NCBI GenBank assembly: GCA_017550115.1
Contig: JAFYLR010000016.1
Location: 1 to 56,804 of the forward strand
Direction of reading: 5' to 3'
Source: Clostridia bacterium
Lineage (GTDB): Bacteria; Bacillota; Clostridia; Oscillospirales; CAG-272
DNA length: 56,804 nt
Both the position numbers and the translations under genes were made by a program. Position 1 is the first letter of the stretch. Each line of letters starts with the position of its first letter. This document shows positions 10,702 to 20,708 of the stretch, piece by piece. Under the pieces are notes generated by a model that searched no databases, was not told where the DNA came from, and worked only from the letters and a program-made list of their open reading frames with translations.

Positions 10702-12630
10702 TTATAAATTGGACGGTTTAAGTTTTCTTTTCTTCTTCCTCTTCGGACGCAATATAATTGCACTCATAGGAGCTAAGGGACATATGATGGCATTCGTGTA
10801 TCCGTTTTGAGTATATGTGCAACACTCAAAAGCACCGATGCGTTCCCCGCGCCTGTGCCCATAACCTCCGTAAATTTCGTCATTTGAGCAAAATACGACC
10901 TCATATTCGCAAAGCTCGGGAACTCCGAGATGGAAATTCGGTCGCTCCATAGGTGTCAGATTTATAACGGCAACAAGCTCGTTACCTTTTTTATCTATTC
11001 TTCGCATTGAGAAAATACTCTCATCTCGGTTATCGGCATCGATCCACTGAAAGCCGTCCCAAGAGTCATCACATTCCCAAAGCTCTTTGTGACTTAGATA
11101 GAAATTATTGAGTTCTGCGACGAATCTCTGCATTTTTGCGTGTTTCTCGTATTCGAGCAAAAACCATTCTATCTGCCCTGCAAAATCCCATTCTCTGAAT
11201 TGACCTATTTCTGCTCCCATAAACGAAAGCTTTTTGCCGGGGTGCATCATAATATAGGTCATAAACGCTCTTGCACCGGCGAACTTCATATCGTAATCCC
11301 CCGGCATTTTGTCGAGAAAGGATTTTTTGCCGTGAACCACTTCGTCGTGTGAGATTGCAAGAATGTATTTTTCGTTAAATGCGTACATCATCGAAAAGGT
11401 CATCTTTTCGTGAAGCGATGATCGATATACGGGATCGACCTCGACGTATTTGAGAAAATCGTTCATCCAACCCATATTCCATTTAAGAGAGAATCCGAGG
11501 CCTGTATCCCCTTCGAAGCTCGTTATATTCTGCCAAGCACTTGACTCCTCCGCTATCATCATAACGTCAGGAAATTTTTCCTTCATATAGGAATTGAGCT
11601 TGCGGCAAAAGGCTATTCCCTCAAGACAACGGTTATCACCATAGGAATTCGGTAGCCATTCGCCCGGCTGCTTGTCAAAGTCCAAATAGATTATCGATGC
11701 TACCGCATCGACTCTGAGGCCGTCTATATGATATTTCTCCGCCCAGAAAACAGCGTTTGAAACAAGGAAGCATTCTATTTCGTTTCTGCCGAGGTCAAAG
11801 CGTCTTGTTCCCCAGCCCCGATGCTCCATTTTGTCGAATCCTTGATATTCGTAAAGAGGCGCTCCGTCAAATTCATACAGTCCGTGAGCATCTTTCGGAA
11901 AGTGTGCCGGTACCCAGTCAAGTATAACGCCTATTCCCGCGCAGTGGAGAGCGTCAACCAAGGCCATAAAATCTTTTGGAGTTCCTTGTCTTGAGGACGG
12001 TGCGTAATATCCGCATACCTGATAACCCCAGGAGCCTCCGTATGGGTGCTCCATGATCGGCATAAATTCAACGTGAGTATATCCCATTTGCTTAACGTAT
12101 GGAGGTAGCTCCTCTGCAAGTTCCAGATAGGTAAGAGGGGTGCCGTCGTCATGCGTTTTCCAGGACAGAGCATGGACCTCGTATATATTAAGAGGCTGAG
12201 AGTAAAATTTTTGACCTTTTTTACGTCTGTTTTTAAGCCACCCGCTATCCTGCCATTCATATCCTTCTATGTCGTAGAATTTTGAAGAGGTTGCGGGGGG
12301 CGTTTCAAAATGAAAGGCGTATGGGTCCGATTTATATATGTCGCCCTTTTGCGTTTTGAATTTGAATTTATAGGTTGAAAATTCTCCGAATCCCGAATTT
12401 TTGTCAAGGCGAGCTTCCCAGACACCGTCGGTGTCTTTTTTCATAGGAACACTTTCGTCCCAAGAGCAAAAGTCACCGGTCAGGTAAGCAGCTGCGGCGT
12501 TTGGTGCCCAAACACGAAAAACAAAACCCTCGCCGTCCCTGTGAGCGCCGAGATAATCATAAGACTGATAATTTGTACCCTGGTGAAAAAGGAATGCTGC
12601 GAGGTTATTGTTTTTGCTTGTTTTTTTCAT
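10702..12630 (-). CDS. glgB: 1,4-alpha-glucan branching enzyme
   Basis: GH13_9 blocks are present: DWVPAHF, GLRVDAVASIIY, MIAEESSAW, SHDEVVHGK. The second ATG (12630) is preceded by GGGAGAG. The first ATG (12642) has no RBS. Confidence 0.9.
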   Translation of the reverse strand: MKKTSKNNNLAAFLFHQGTNYQSYDYLGAHRDGEGFVFRVWAPNAAAAYLTGDFCSWDESVPMKKDTDGVWEARLDKNSGFGEFSTYKFKFKTQKGDIYKSDPYAFHFETPPATSSKFYDIEGYEWQDSGWLKNRRKKGQKFYSQPLNIYEVHALSWKTHDDGTPLTYLELAEELPPYVKQMGYTHVEFMPIMEHPYGGSWGYQVCGYYAPSSRQGTPKDFMALVDALHCAGIGVILDWVPAHFPKDAHGLYEFDGAPLYEYQGFDKMEHRGWGTRRFDLGRNEIECFLVSNAVFWAEKYHIDGLRVDAVASIIYLDFDKQPGEWLPNSYGDNRCLEGIAFCRKLNSYMKEKFPDVMMIAEESSAWQNITSFEGDTGLGFSLKWNMGWMNDFLKYVEVDPVYRSSLHEKMTFSMMYAFNEKYILAISHDEVVHGKKSFLDKMPGDYDMKFAGARAFMTYIMMHPGKKLSFMGAEIGQFREWDFAGQIEWFLLEYEKHAKMQRFVAELNNFYLSHKELWECDDSWDGFQWIDADNRDESIFSMRRIDKKGNELVAVINLTPMERPNFHLGVPELCEYEVVFCSNDEIYGGYGHRRGERIGAFECCTYTQNGYTNAIICPLAPMSAIILRPKRKKKRKLKPSNL

Positions 12631-12659
12631 AGGCTCTCCCATTTTAAGTTCTATATTAT

Positions 12660-12688
12660 ATTATACACTTAATTTTGTACAATTTCAA
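12660..12688 (-). promoter_or_regulatory. Sigma-A-type promoter of the glg operon
   Basis: On the minus strand: TTGAAA (12688-12683), a 17-nt spacer, then TATAAT (12665-12660). This lies about 30 nt upstream of the glgB start. Confidence 0.55.
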
Positions 12689-12938
12689 TAGTTGAACGTG
12701 ATTTTTAGGTATTTCCGAGCTTTTTGTGCAGTTTTAAGCTTGCTTATGCTACTAACAGTTGATAAATCTTATATATGTTGAGGATTTTTTGCCTGAAAAT
12801 GTAGAAAGTAATATTTTTTTAAGTTAAATATAACAAAAATCCGAAAACGACATCTGATAAAACACAGCAAAATACTAAAAACGCTATACATATTGCACAA
12901 AAGTATAGAAAGGATTAGTGTGTTGCGAAAATATATTG

Positions 12939-12967
12939 TTGAAAAAAATGTGTAGGTGTGTTATAAT
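12939..12967 (+). promoter_or_regulatory. Sigma-A-type promoter of the DUF3006-plsY-methyltransferase-folC operon
   Basis: TTGAAA (12939-12944), a 17-nt spacer, then TATAAT (12962-12967). Confidence 0.55.
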
Positions 12968-13048
12968 ATAGCTTACGATCAGCGTTGGGATATTGGATTT
13001 GCCTTCGCTTATCCGATTTTGTTGTTTATGAGAGAAGGCTTGAGATAA

Positions 13049-13291
13049 ATGATAAAAAAACTTACTGTCGATAGAGTTGAGGGGCAGGTTGCCTTATGCT
13101 TTGACGAAGCTGAAAAAGCTTACGAGCTGCCGATCGGAATTTTGTTGGGGGCGTCAGAGGGTGACATTATTGAGGTTGAAATAAATAACGGTGACGTGAA
13201 ATTTTTGCACATATTGCAAAAAGAAACCGCCGAGAAAAAAGCGGAAAGCTCTGCAAGACTGAGAGCACTTTTTAATAGGGGGAAGAAATAA
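13049..13291 (+). CDS. DUF3006-like small protein
   Basis: 80 aa. The VDRVEG..A.C....... pattern, followed by EGD..... and a charged C-terminal helix, is typical of DUF3006. Its stop overlaps the plsY start (TAATG). Confidence 0.6.
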   Translation: MIKKLTVDRVEGQVALCFDEAEKAYELPIGILLGASEGDIIEVEINNGDVKFLHILQKETAEKKAESSARLRALFNRGKK

Positions 13292-14040
13292 TGATCTGGG
13301 GTGGATTTTTAGTTAGCGGACTTTATGAATTTCTTGCGTGGAACGGCGGAGAATATACTCCTGCTCCTGTATTGTTCATAATATTTGCACTTGTGTGTAT
13401 TATAGTACCGTATCTGCTCGGTTCTCTGAATTTTGCGATCATAATTTCGCATAAAAAATATAAAGACGATATAAGAAATCACGGAAGCGGAAACGGCGGA
13501 ATGACGAATATGCTTCGTACATACGGAAAAGGCACCGCGGCTCTTACGCTCGTGCTTGATATGCTGAAGGCGGTAGTTTCGGTGGTTTTGGGTTCTGTGC
13601 TTCTCGGGATTTGCTTTGGGGGATATATGGCAGGCTTTTTCTGTATGCTCGGTCATATGTTCCCGATATACTATCGTTTCAAGGGCGGCAAGGGTGTTGC
13701 AACCGTTGCGGCGATGATACTTGTGTTAAACCCCATACTGTTTTTGATACTTATATTCATGTTCGTCGTAATAGTTGGCGGATCTAAGTTTATATCTCTG
13801 GGCTCGGTTATATGCGTTATGTTTTATCCCGTTTTGCTTCATACGTTGAACGAGATACAGTTTGACGATCTTATTGCCATGGGCGCTAAACCTGGAATTG
13901 ACGTTATTTTTGCTTTTCTTATAGCAGTCATGGTCGTTTTTATGCATCGGAGCAATATAAAAAGATTACTTTCCGGCACCGAATCTAAGGTTTCGCTTGG
14001 CAAAAAGAAAGAAAATTCCGACGGAGACGTAAATAAATGA
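13291..14040 (+). CDS. plsY: Glycerol-3-phosphate acyltransferase PlsY
   Basis: Motifs GSGNGGMTN and FKGGKGVAT, with a multi-TM topology. Confidence 0.85.
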   Translation: MIWGGFLVSGLYEFLAWNGGEYTPAPVLFIIFALVCIIVPYLLGSLNFAIIISHKKYKDDIRNHGSGNGGMTNMLRTYGKGTAALTLVLDMLKAVVSVVLGSVLLGICFGGYMAGFFCMLGHMFPIYYRFKGGKGVATVAAMILVLNPILFLILIFMFVVIVGGSKFISLGSVICVMFYPVLLHTLNEIQFDDLIAMGAKPGIDVIFAFLIAVMVVFMHRSNIKRLLSGTESKVSLGKKKENSDGDVNK

Positions 14041-15224
14041 GTATAAAAAATAAGGGGAATATTACTTGTTTTTCCCCCGATATAGAAAAGATATGCGTTG
14101 TAATACAAAATGCCGCAAAGCATGGGGCACTGAAGAAAGCGGTGCTTTCAAAGCCTTCGGATGATTCTGTAAAAAAAGCGGTTATGACGCTTCGCAATAT
14201 TTCGGGAAGAGTTGTGCTCCAGACAGAAACGTTTACTGCCGATAACAAGGCTTTGCATACGAACACAGAGACCTCTGACTCAAAGGAAATATGCAGGATA
14301 TGTTCGTCCTTTGGGCAGATAAACGTCATAACGATGGCAGGCGAATGTGAGTACAAGCGTTCAAAGTCCGGCAAGGAGATAGTTATCGGAGCGAATAAGC
14401 TCACAGAGGAAGCCTTGGCGGCAAACGGCGGAGAGGTAAGCTCTCGTAACGATAAGGAAAAGAACTATATCTTGCGTGGCGACGAGGATTTTCTGAAGCT
14501 TCTCGGAGTGAGTGATGCAAACGGCAGAGTTCACGATAAAAAACGCCCTAAATTCAGACAGATAAACAGATTTCTTGAACATATAAGAGACATCGTGCGA
14601 TATCTTCCGAGCGAGGGAGAGATCAGAATTTGCGATCTTTGCTGCGGAAAGAGCTATCTTTCATTTGCGGTATATCATTATTTTTCAAACATTCTCGGAC
14701 GTAAAGTGAATATGACGGGAGTGGATCTGAAGCGTGACGTTGTTGAATATTGCTCTTCGGTTTCCGAAAAGCTGGGATTTGAGGGACTTGAATTTATATG
14801 CGGTGACATAACGAAATATGAAACCGATAAAAAGCCGGAGCTTGTTATCTCGCTTCACGCTTGTGACACCGCAACGGATATTGTTTTGGAGAAAGCGATA
14901 GAGTGGAAGGCGAAGGTTATCCTATCAACACCTTGCTGCCACCATGAGCTTAATCATACGCTTTGTTGTCCAGAGCTTTCCTTTATTGCTCAACATTCGA
15001 TGTTAAGGCAAAAGCTTTGCGATGCGGCAACGGATGCTTTGCGTTTGAAGTTGCTTGAATCAAAGGGGTATGGCTGTGACGCACTTGAGCTTATAGACCC
15101 CGAGGAGACACCGAAAAATATTATGCTTCGTGCTGTCTTGAGGAAAAATCCGAGCAAGGCTTCGCTCGATGCTGCTTGTCGGGAATATGAGGCGGCAAGG
15201 AGCTTTTTGCTAGGCCAAAAATAA
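14037..15224 (+). CDS. Class I SAM-dependent methyltransferase (Methyltransf_32-like)
   Basis: Motif I-like ICDLCCGKSYLSFAVY and GVDLKRDVV are present. ATGA start/stop overlap with plsY. Substrate unknown. Confidence 0.6.
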   Translation: MSIKNKGNITCFSPDIEKICVVIQNAAKHGALKKAVLSKPSDDSVKKAVMTLRNISGRVVLQTETFTADNKALHTNTETSDSKEICRICSSFGQINVITMAGECEYKRSKSGKEIVIGANKLTEEALAANGGEVSSRNDKEKNYILRGDEDFLKLLGVSDANGRVHDKKRPKFRQINRFLEHIRDIVRYLPSEGEIRICDLCCGKSYLSFAVYHYFSNILGRKVNMTGVDLKRDVVEYCSSVSEKLGFEGLEFICGDITKYETDKKPELVISLHACDTATDIVLEKAIEWKAKVILSTPCCHHELNHTLCCPELSFIAQHSMLRQKLCDAATDALRLKLLESKGYGCDALELIDPEETPKNIMLRAVLRKNPSKASLDAACREYEAARSFLLGQK

Positions 15225-15288
15225 CAGAGTCATATTGTTATTACATTATAGACGCAAATCGTAATTGATTTATCGGCAGGAGTTTTTT

Positions 15289-16698
15289 GTGACATATATT
15301 AATGCAATTAAGAAAATCTTGAGTTTTCCGAGAACGGCGGGCAGACCGACTCTTGAGAGAATGCGTTTGCTTTGCGAGTATCTCGGAAATCCGCAGAAAA
15401 AATTGAAATTTGTTCACATTGCGGGGACGAACGGAAAAGGCTCTGCGACAGCAATGCTTGACTCTGTTCTTCGTGCGTCGGGCTACAAAACGGGACGCTT
15501 TGTGTCCCCGTACGTTCTTGACTTTAGGGAAAGAATGACTGTGGACGGTGAAATGATAACCCATGCAGAGCTGTGTGAACACACGGCTGTGGTGCTTGAA
15601 GCCATTAAGCATATGAGGCGTGATATAGAAGCGGCAAGGAATGGCGAGGAGGTTTCGGTATATATCCCGAAGGTTCTCCTTGACGGAACGTATTCCGATA
15701 TTCCCGTGCAATTCGAGGTTGTGACGGCGATAGGATTCCTATATTTTCTCGAGAGAGGCTGCGATGCGGTCTTGCTTGAATGCGGCCTTGGTGGACGGTA
15801 TGACGCAACGAACGTAATTGACGCTCCGATGGTGTCGATGATAATGAGCATCGGTCTTGATCATACAGAGCTTCTCGGGGACACGCCCGAAAAGATCGCA
15901 GAGGAGAAATGCGGTATTATAAAAAGCGGGACGACTGAGGTTATTACCTATCCTCAATCGCCCTCGGTTATGTCGGTTATAAGTCGGGCCTGTATGGAAA
16001 CGGGATCGAGACTGACGATGCCGGCAAGGTCGGATATATCTCTTATATCGGCTTCGCTCGGCGGCCTGCACTTCATGTATAAGGGCAAGGAATATAAAAC
16101 CAAATTTGCTGCGATATATCAGCTTATGAATTGCGCTACAGTGCTTGAAGCTGCAGAGGCTCTTTCAAGAATCGGCATGAATTTGAATTACGATGCAATA
16201 TATCGGGGAATTTGGGGAACATTCTTTCCCGCAAGGTTTGAAGTTCTCGGCGTCTCGCCTACCGTTATCGTTGACGGAGCGCATAATGCGCACGGAATAA
16301 GTGCGCTGTGCGACAGCATTGAAACCGTGTCCTCTGCACTTAGCGGAAGAGTAACATTTGCACTCGGTATGCTTTGCGACAAGGAGCCGGAGACGGCACT
16401 TGCTCCGTTTGTGTCTATGATAAACAAGGGATTTTTGAATTTGAGGTCGATAATAACGCTTACCCCAGACAGTCCGAGAGCGATGAAGGCTGACGAACTT
16501 GCCGATTTGCTTCGGAAAATGACGGGCGGTAAGGTGGATATTCAGAGTGTTGATGTCACGGGAAAGGCGAGATCGGCTGAGTTTTGCTCTTTGCTTTGCG
16601 ATCTTGACAAAAATGACGCAGTTATTTCCTTTGGCTCGCTTTATTTAGCCTCAGAGATGCGCAATATCTTAATAAATTATCTTGAAAATCGCATATAA
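15289..16698 (+). CDS. folC: Folylpolyglutamate synthase / dihydrofolate synthase
   Basis: Mur-ligase P-loop HIAGTNGKGS, plus the GLDHTELLGDT and VDGAHN blocks. A GTG at 15289 is preceded by AGGAG; the track's start at 15265 is a TTG. Confidence 0.85.
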   Translation: MTYINAIKKILSFPRTAGRPTLERMRLLCEYLGNPQKKLKFVHIAGTNGKGSATAMLDSVLRASGYKTGRFVSPYVLDFRERMTVDGEMITHAELCEHTAVVLEAIKHMRRDIEAARNGEEVSVYIPKVLLDGTYSDIPVQFEVVTAIGFLYFLERGCDAVLLECGLGGRYDATNVIDAPMVSMIMSIGLDHTELLGDTPEKIAEEKCGIIKSGTTEVITYPQSPSVMSVISRACMETGSRLTMPARSDISLISASLGGLHFMYKGKEYKTKFAAIYQLMNCATVLEAAEALSRIGMNLNYDAIYRGIWGTFFPARFEVLGVSPTVIVDGAHNAHGISALCDSIETVSSALSGRVTFALGMLCDKEPETALAPFVSMINKGFLNLRSIITLTPDSPRAMKADELADLLRKMTGGKVDIQSVDVTGKARSAEFCSLLCDLDKNDAVISFGSLYLASEMRNILINYLENRI

Positions 16699-16735
16699 AA
16701 AAGGTTGCCGTACATAAAGCACGGTAACCTTTTTT
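16699..16735. terminator. Bidirectional intrinsic terminator between folC and pyk
   Basis: AAAAAGGTTGCCGT-loop-ACGGTAACCTTTTTT. The stem is flanked by an A-run and a T-run, and the two genes converge on it. Confidence 0.8.
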
Positions 16736-18146
16736 ATATTATTTCGACTTTTATAAGACTTGTGTTACCCGATTCTCCGTTTGTAATACCGCCGGTTATT
16801 ATGATATTGTCTCCGTTCCCGAGCGGCAGAGCACCGCGGGCGATCTTCTTTGCTGTATAGAAAAGCACGTCTGTAGAATTGAATTCTTCGGCTATCATAG
16901 GCATAACACCCCAGGAGAGTGCAAGCTTACGCCAGGTTATCTCGTTTGTGGTAAGTCCGATTATATCAACGGGAGAGCGGAATCGGGATACCATTCTTGC
17001 TGTCGTTCCCGTGCGGGTGCAGACGACGATAGCTTTTGCGTCAAGGTCTATTGACATTCCGCAGGTAGCGTGTGAGAGGGCATCGACCGTATTTTTTATT
17101 TTGAACTCATTTGTGCGGAAGCGTTTTGAGTAATTTATAGATTTCTCGGTCTGCTCGGCGATTTTTGACATTGTTTGTACGGTCAGAACGGGATATTTAC
17201 CTGCCGCTGTTTCACCCGAGAGCATGATTGCACTCGTTCCGTCATAAACTGCGTTTGCAACGTCGGATATTTCTGCTCTTGTAGGACGGGGATTGTTTAT
17301 CATGCTTTCGAGCATCTCTGTTGCGGTGATAACACGCTTTCCTAACATTCTGCAGGTTGTGATGAGGTGCTTTTGAATAGCGGGCAGCTCTTCAAAGGGG
17401 ATCTCAACGCCCATATCTCCTCTGCCTATCATAATACCGTCACATTCACGGCATATTGATTCGATATTATCAACGCCCGAACGATTCTCTATCTTAGCGA
17501 TGATGTCTGCCTGCGAGCCGCCGATCTCGGCAATATAATTTTTTACGTCAATTATATCCTGAGCACAGGAAACGAAGGAGCAGGCAATAAAATCGACGCC
17601 GTTTTTGATGCCGAATTCTATATCTGCCTTGTCCTGATCGTTCAGATATTTTTGATGAAGCATCTTATTCGGAAAGCTCATGCTTTTACGGTTTGAAAGC
17701 TCCCCGCCTATAAGAACACGGCAGATAGCATCTGTGTCCGTAAGCTCTGTTACCTCAAAATGAACGAGCCCGTTGTTGAGCAATATTTTGTCCCCTACCT
17801 CAAGGTCGCCCATAAGCCCCTTGTAGCTTACCGAAACACGTTCGTTATTACCTATAATATCGTCTGTTGTAAAGGTGAATGTATCACCGTCCGAGAGTTG
17901 AATTTTACCATTTTCAAAAACGCCGATACGGAACTCCGGCCCTTTTGTATCAAGTAGGATAGCGATAGGCATATTCAGCTTTTCTCTTGCACTTTTTATT
18001 ATATTTATCTTGTGCAGATGTTCTTCGTGCGTACCGTGCGAAAAATTAAGACGGGCGACGTTCATTCCCGCAAGACACATTTCGGAAATGGTCTTTTCGT
18101 CTGAACATGCGGGACCTATAGTGCATACGATTTTTGTTTTTCTCAT
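16734..18146 (-). CDS. pyk: Pyruvate kinase
   Basis: 470 aa. Motifs MRKTKIVCTIGPA, NFSHG, KIENRSGV, MIGRGDMGVEIP. Confidence 0.93.
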   Translation of the reverse strand: MRKTKIVCTIGPACSDEKTISEMCLAGMNVARLNFSHGTHEEHLHKINIIKSAREKLNMPIAILLDTKGPEFRIGVFENGKIQLSDGDTFTFTTDDIIGNNERVSVSYKGLMGDLEVGDKILLNNGLVHFEVTELTDTDAICRVLIGGELSNRKSMSFPNKMLHQKYLNDQDKADIEFGIKNGVDFIACSFVSCAQDIIDVKNYIAEIGGSQADIIAKIENRSGVDNIESICRECDGIMIGRGDMGVEIPFEELPAIQKHLITTCRMLGKRVITATEMLESMINNPRPTRAEISDVANAVYDGTSAIMLSGETAAGKYPVLTVQTMSKIAEQTEKSINYSKRFRTNEFKIKNTVDALSHATCGMSIDLDAKAIVVCTRTGTTARMVSRFRSPVDIIGLTTNEITWRKLALSWGVMPMIAEEFNSTDVLFYTAKKIARGALPLGNGDNIIITGGITNGESGNTSLIKVEII

Positions 18147-18322
18147 TATTTATCACCCAAGCCTTTGCAAGAGCAAAAGCGTCCTTTCCCAAAAGATAAA
18201 ATCGTTTAATATTATATTACCCATTTAATCCAAAGTCAAGCATTATGGTATTTTTTCTTGACAAAATAAACGAAATATGGTAGATTATATCGTAGTAATA
18301 ATGTGTATTGGAGGATTTATTT

Positions 18323-18502
18323 ATGTCAGCAAATAAAAAAAGACAAACTTCAACGTTAAGCCGTGCAGTGCTTCCTGCCGCATTTGCGGTATTTATGTTG
18401 GCGGCTGCAAGTATAGTTTATATAACTATTCAGTGTCAGCGTTTTCTTAAGACCTTGATTACCGACAGCGATTCACAGCATTTCTTTAATTTTGGGTCGT
18501 GA
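18323..18502 (+). CDS. Small hypothetical membrane protein (59 aa)
   Basis: It has its own promoter: TTGACA, 17 nt, TAGATT with a TG extension (about 18260-18288). RBS GGAGGA lies 8 nt before the ATG at 18323. One TM segment (AVLPAAFAVFMLAAASIVYITI). No family recognised. Confidence 0.4.
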   Translation: MSANKKRQTSTLSRAVLPAAFAVFMLAAASIVYITIQCQRFLKTLITDSDSQHFFNFGS

Positions 18503-18641
18503 TAAAAGTATGATTTGGCAATAATTGTCCTATAAAGGCCTATTTATGTCTTGAAATATGGCATATTTTGTCTTATAATACATGTACTATAGGATTTTTG
18601 CGTCAAAAACCGTGAGCAAAATGACTATGTAGGAGGTTTTT

Positions 18642-19694
18642 ATGAAAAAGAATGTTGCAATAGTAGGATATGGAGGTCAAGGAGGTTGGCATGCAGGTCA
18701 CGCTCTTCGGAGCGACGTTGTCTCCTTGGCAGGTGTCTATGATATAAAGCCCGAAAGAAATGAAATAGCAAGATCAAACGGAATAAAGGCTTATGATTCG
18801 TTTGAGGCGGTTTTGGCAGATGAAAGTGTCGATATTGTAGTTTGTGCTACGCCTAATGATGTTCACAGAGATATCGTTGTAAGAGCTCTTGAGGCAGGAA
18901 AGAACGTTGTCTGCGAAAAGCCTGTCGCTCTTACTCTTGAAGATTTTGATGCGATGTGTGAGGCGGCAAAGAAATCGGGTAAGCTGTTTACAGTTCATCA
19001 GAACAGACGTTGGGACGTTGACTATCTTGCGATAAAATCGCTTATTGAAAGCGGAGAGATAGGTGAGACTATCAATATCGAGTCTCGTGTCCATGGTTCC
19101 AGAGGAATTCCTTCCGACTGGAGATGCCACAAGCCTTATGGCGGCGGAATGATTCTTGACTGGGGCGTACATCTTATAGACCAGATGTTGCTTCTTATCC
19201 CTGAAAAAATCAAGAAGATATATTGCGAAACAACGAACATAACGACTGATGAAGTCGATGACGGAATGCATCTTATGCTCACCTTTGAGTCGGGCAAGAG
19301 AGCAACGGTTGAGGTTGGAACTTATAACTTCATCTATATGCCTCGTTTCTATATGCAGTGCAAAACAGGCTCGGCTATGATCGAAGATTGGCAGAAAAAC
19401 TGTAAGGTTGCAAAGATGAAGGCTTGGAATGAAAAAGAAGTTATACCTGTTCAAACGGCTGCGGGAATAACCAAGACTATGGCACCCAGAGATGAGATCA
19501 CGCTTGATACATATGAGATCGATCGTCCCACCTCCGACGTTCACAACTTTTACCGCAATCTCGTTCTTGCAATAGACGGAGTAGAGGAGCCGATAGTTAA
19601 GCTCCATCAGGTAAGACGAGTGCTTCAGGTAATGCTCGCTTGCTTTGAGAGTGCAGAGATGGGTAAGGCGATAATTTACGAGAACGGACTTTGA
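18642..19694 (+). CDS. Gfo/Idh/MocA-family NAD(P)-dependent oxidoreductase
   Basis: N-terminal Rossmann region VAIVGYGGQGGWH, and the EKP motif (VVCEKPVAL). RBS TAGGAGG. Confidence 0.8.
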   Translation: MKKNVAIVGYGGQGGWHAGHALRSDVVSLAGVYDIKPERNEIARSNGIKAYDSFEAVLADESVDIVVCATPNDVHRDIVVRALEAGKNVVCEKPVALTLEDFDAMCEAAKKSGKLFTVHQNRRWDVDYLAIKSLIESGEIGETINIESRVHGSRGIPSDWRCHKPYGGGMILDWGVHLIDQMLLLIPEKIKKIYCETTNITTDEVDDGMHLMLTFESGKRATVEVGTYNFIYMPRFYMQCKTGSAMIEDWQKNCKVAKMKAWNEKEVIPVQTAAGITKTMAPRDEITLDTYEIDRPTSDVHNFYRNLVLAIDGVEEPIVKLHQVRRVLQVMLACFESAEMGKAIIYENGL

Positions 19695-19704
19695 TTTGAA
19701 TAAC

Positions 19705-19739
19705 AAAAAGCTCTCTGATGTGCATCAGAGAGCTTTTTT
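19705..19739. terminator. Bidirectional intrinsic terminator
   Basis: AAAAAGCTCTCTGATG-TGC-CATCAGAGAGCTTTTTT. The 12-bp stem is perfect, and it lies between convergent genes. Confidence 0.85.
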
Positions 19740-19744
19740 GCGGA

Positions 19745-20698
19745 TCAATAAAAGGTTGCCACATCTCTTTGCGGCTTTACGGCAAATGACGTGCCGTCAG
19801 CAACGAGAACAGGGCCTTTTTTTGTGTATATTTTGCAATTCTCAAATGAGATCTTCGCCGTCACGGTTACCCATTCTCCGTCACGCAACGGAGTTGGGGA
19901 GGGAAGTCGGCAAACAAGACCGCTATACGCAATATCATCAGCACAACAGGTCATAATAGGTCTGCCGATTACGAACATATTTGAGGAAAGCTCGGGATTT
20001 CTTGCAACCATACCCTTGATTTTTATCGTTTTACCGATATAAAATTGAAGATCCTCGGAGAGATCTCTGTACCAGAGGGCATAGTCGTCATCTGCGATCT
20101 CGATTATGGGTGCGTTTTTGTCAAACGGTAGGGGATCTTCTATGTCATCATATTCGACTCTGCCGTCGGGAAAATCGTAAATTATATTTGAAGCACGGCT
20201 TATGCCGCGAACTATCTTATGGAATGCATCACGGTCAACGTTTTTACTGTCTGCACGGTTAAAGACAACCATTTCGGCGTCGTTCAGCTTATTTACAACG
20301 AGCTGACGCATATTTGCGTTATAGTTTAAGAACGTAGTCGAATCGACGAAGAACATTTGCTGAAATATTGCCCAGTTCCGAGGCATTGCGGCGTAAAAGC
20401 TTTCAAGCTGCCACATACCGTTGTATTCGACGATGATGCGGTCTATGATATGCTTTTGAGAGAGCTTTGTAAGATTTTCCTCGGTCAGCTCTTCTTCGCT
20501 TTCAATAATCTCAAGGTAAACGTTCTGCCCCCAAAAGCGAGTTGGGTCATATTCCTCGATGCCTTCCTCGCATACGAGCAGAAGTATCTTTTCTCCCGAA
20601 TTGAATTTCTTGTCCTCAAGGGATTCTTGTATAAATTTTGTTTTTCCCGATTCGAGAAAACCTGTGAAAAGGTAAACGGGTATCTGATTTGTTGCCAT
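19745..20698 (-). CDS. Degenerate G3E/CobW-like P-loop domain fused to a TCC-motif C-terminal domain (DUF1980/YcgQ-C-like)
   Basis: Walker A FTGFLESGKT is present, but VCEEG sits where COG0523 has the CxCC motif. The C-terminal part carries IGRPIMTCCADDIAYSGLVC. The ATG at 20698 has RBS AAGGAAA and lies 10 nt after the upstream stop. Confidence 0.55.
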   Translation of the reverse strand: MATNQIPVYLFTGFLESGKTKFIQESLEDKKFNSGEKILLLVCEEGIEEYDPTRFWGQNVYLEIIESEEELTEENLTKLSQKHIIDRIIVEYNGMWQLESFYAAMPRNWAIFQQMFFVDSTTFLNYNANMRQLVVNKLNDAEMVVFNRADSKNVDRDAFHKIVRGISRASNIIYDFPDGRVEYDDIEDPLPFDKNAPIIEIADDDYALWYRDLSEDLQFYIGKTIKIKGMVARNPELSSNMFVIGRPIMTCCADDIAYSGLVCRLPSPTPLRDGEWVTVTAKISFENCKIYTKKGPVLVADGTSFAVKPQRDVATFY

Positions 20699-20708
20699 AT
20701 TAATTTCC

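Noticed and set aside
18774-19706. 310-aa ORF antisense to the Gfo/Idh/MocA oxidoreductase
   Set aside because: This is a shadow ORF lying fully inside a well-supported gene on the opposite strand. It has no RBS, no recognisable motifs and an odd composition.
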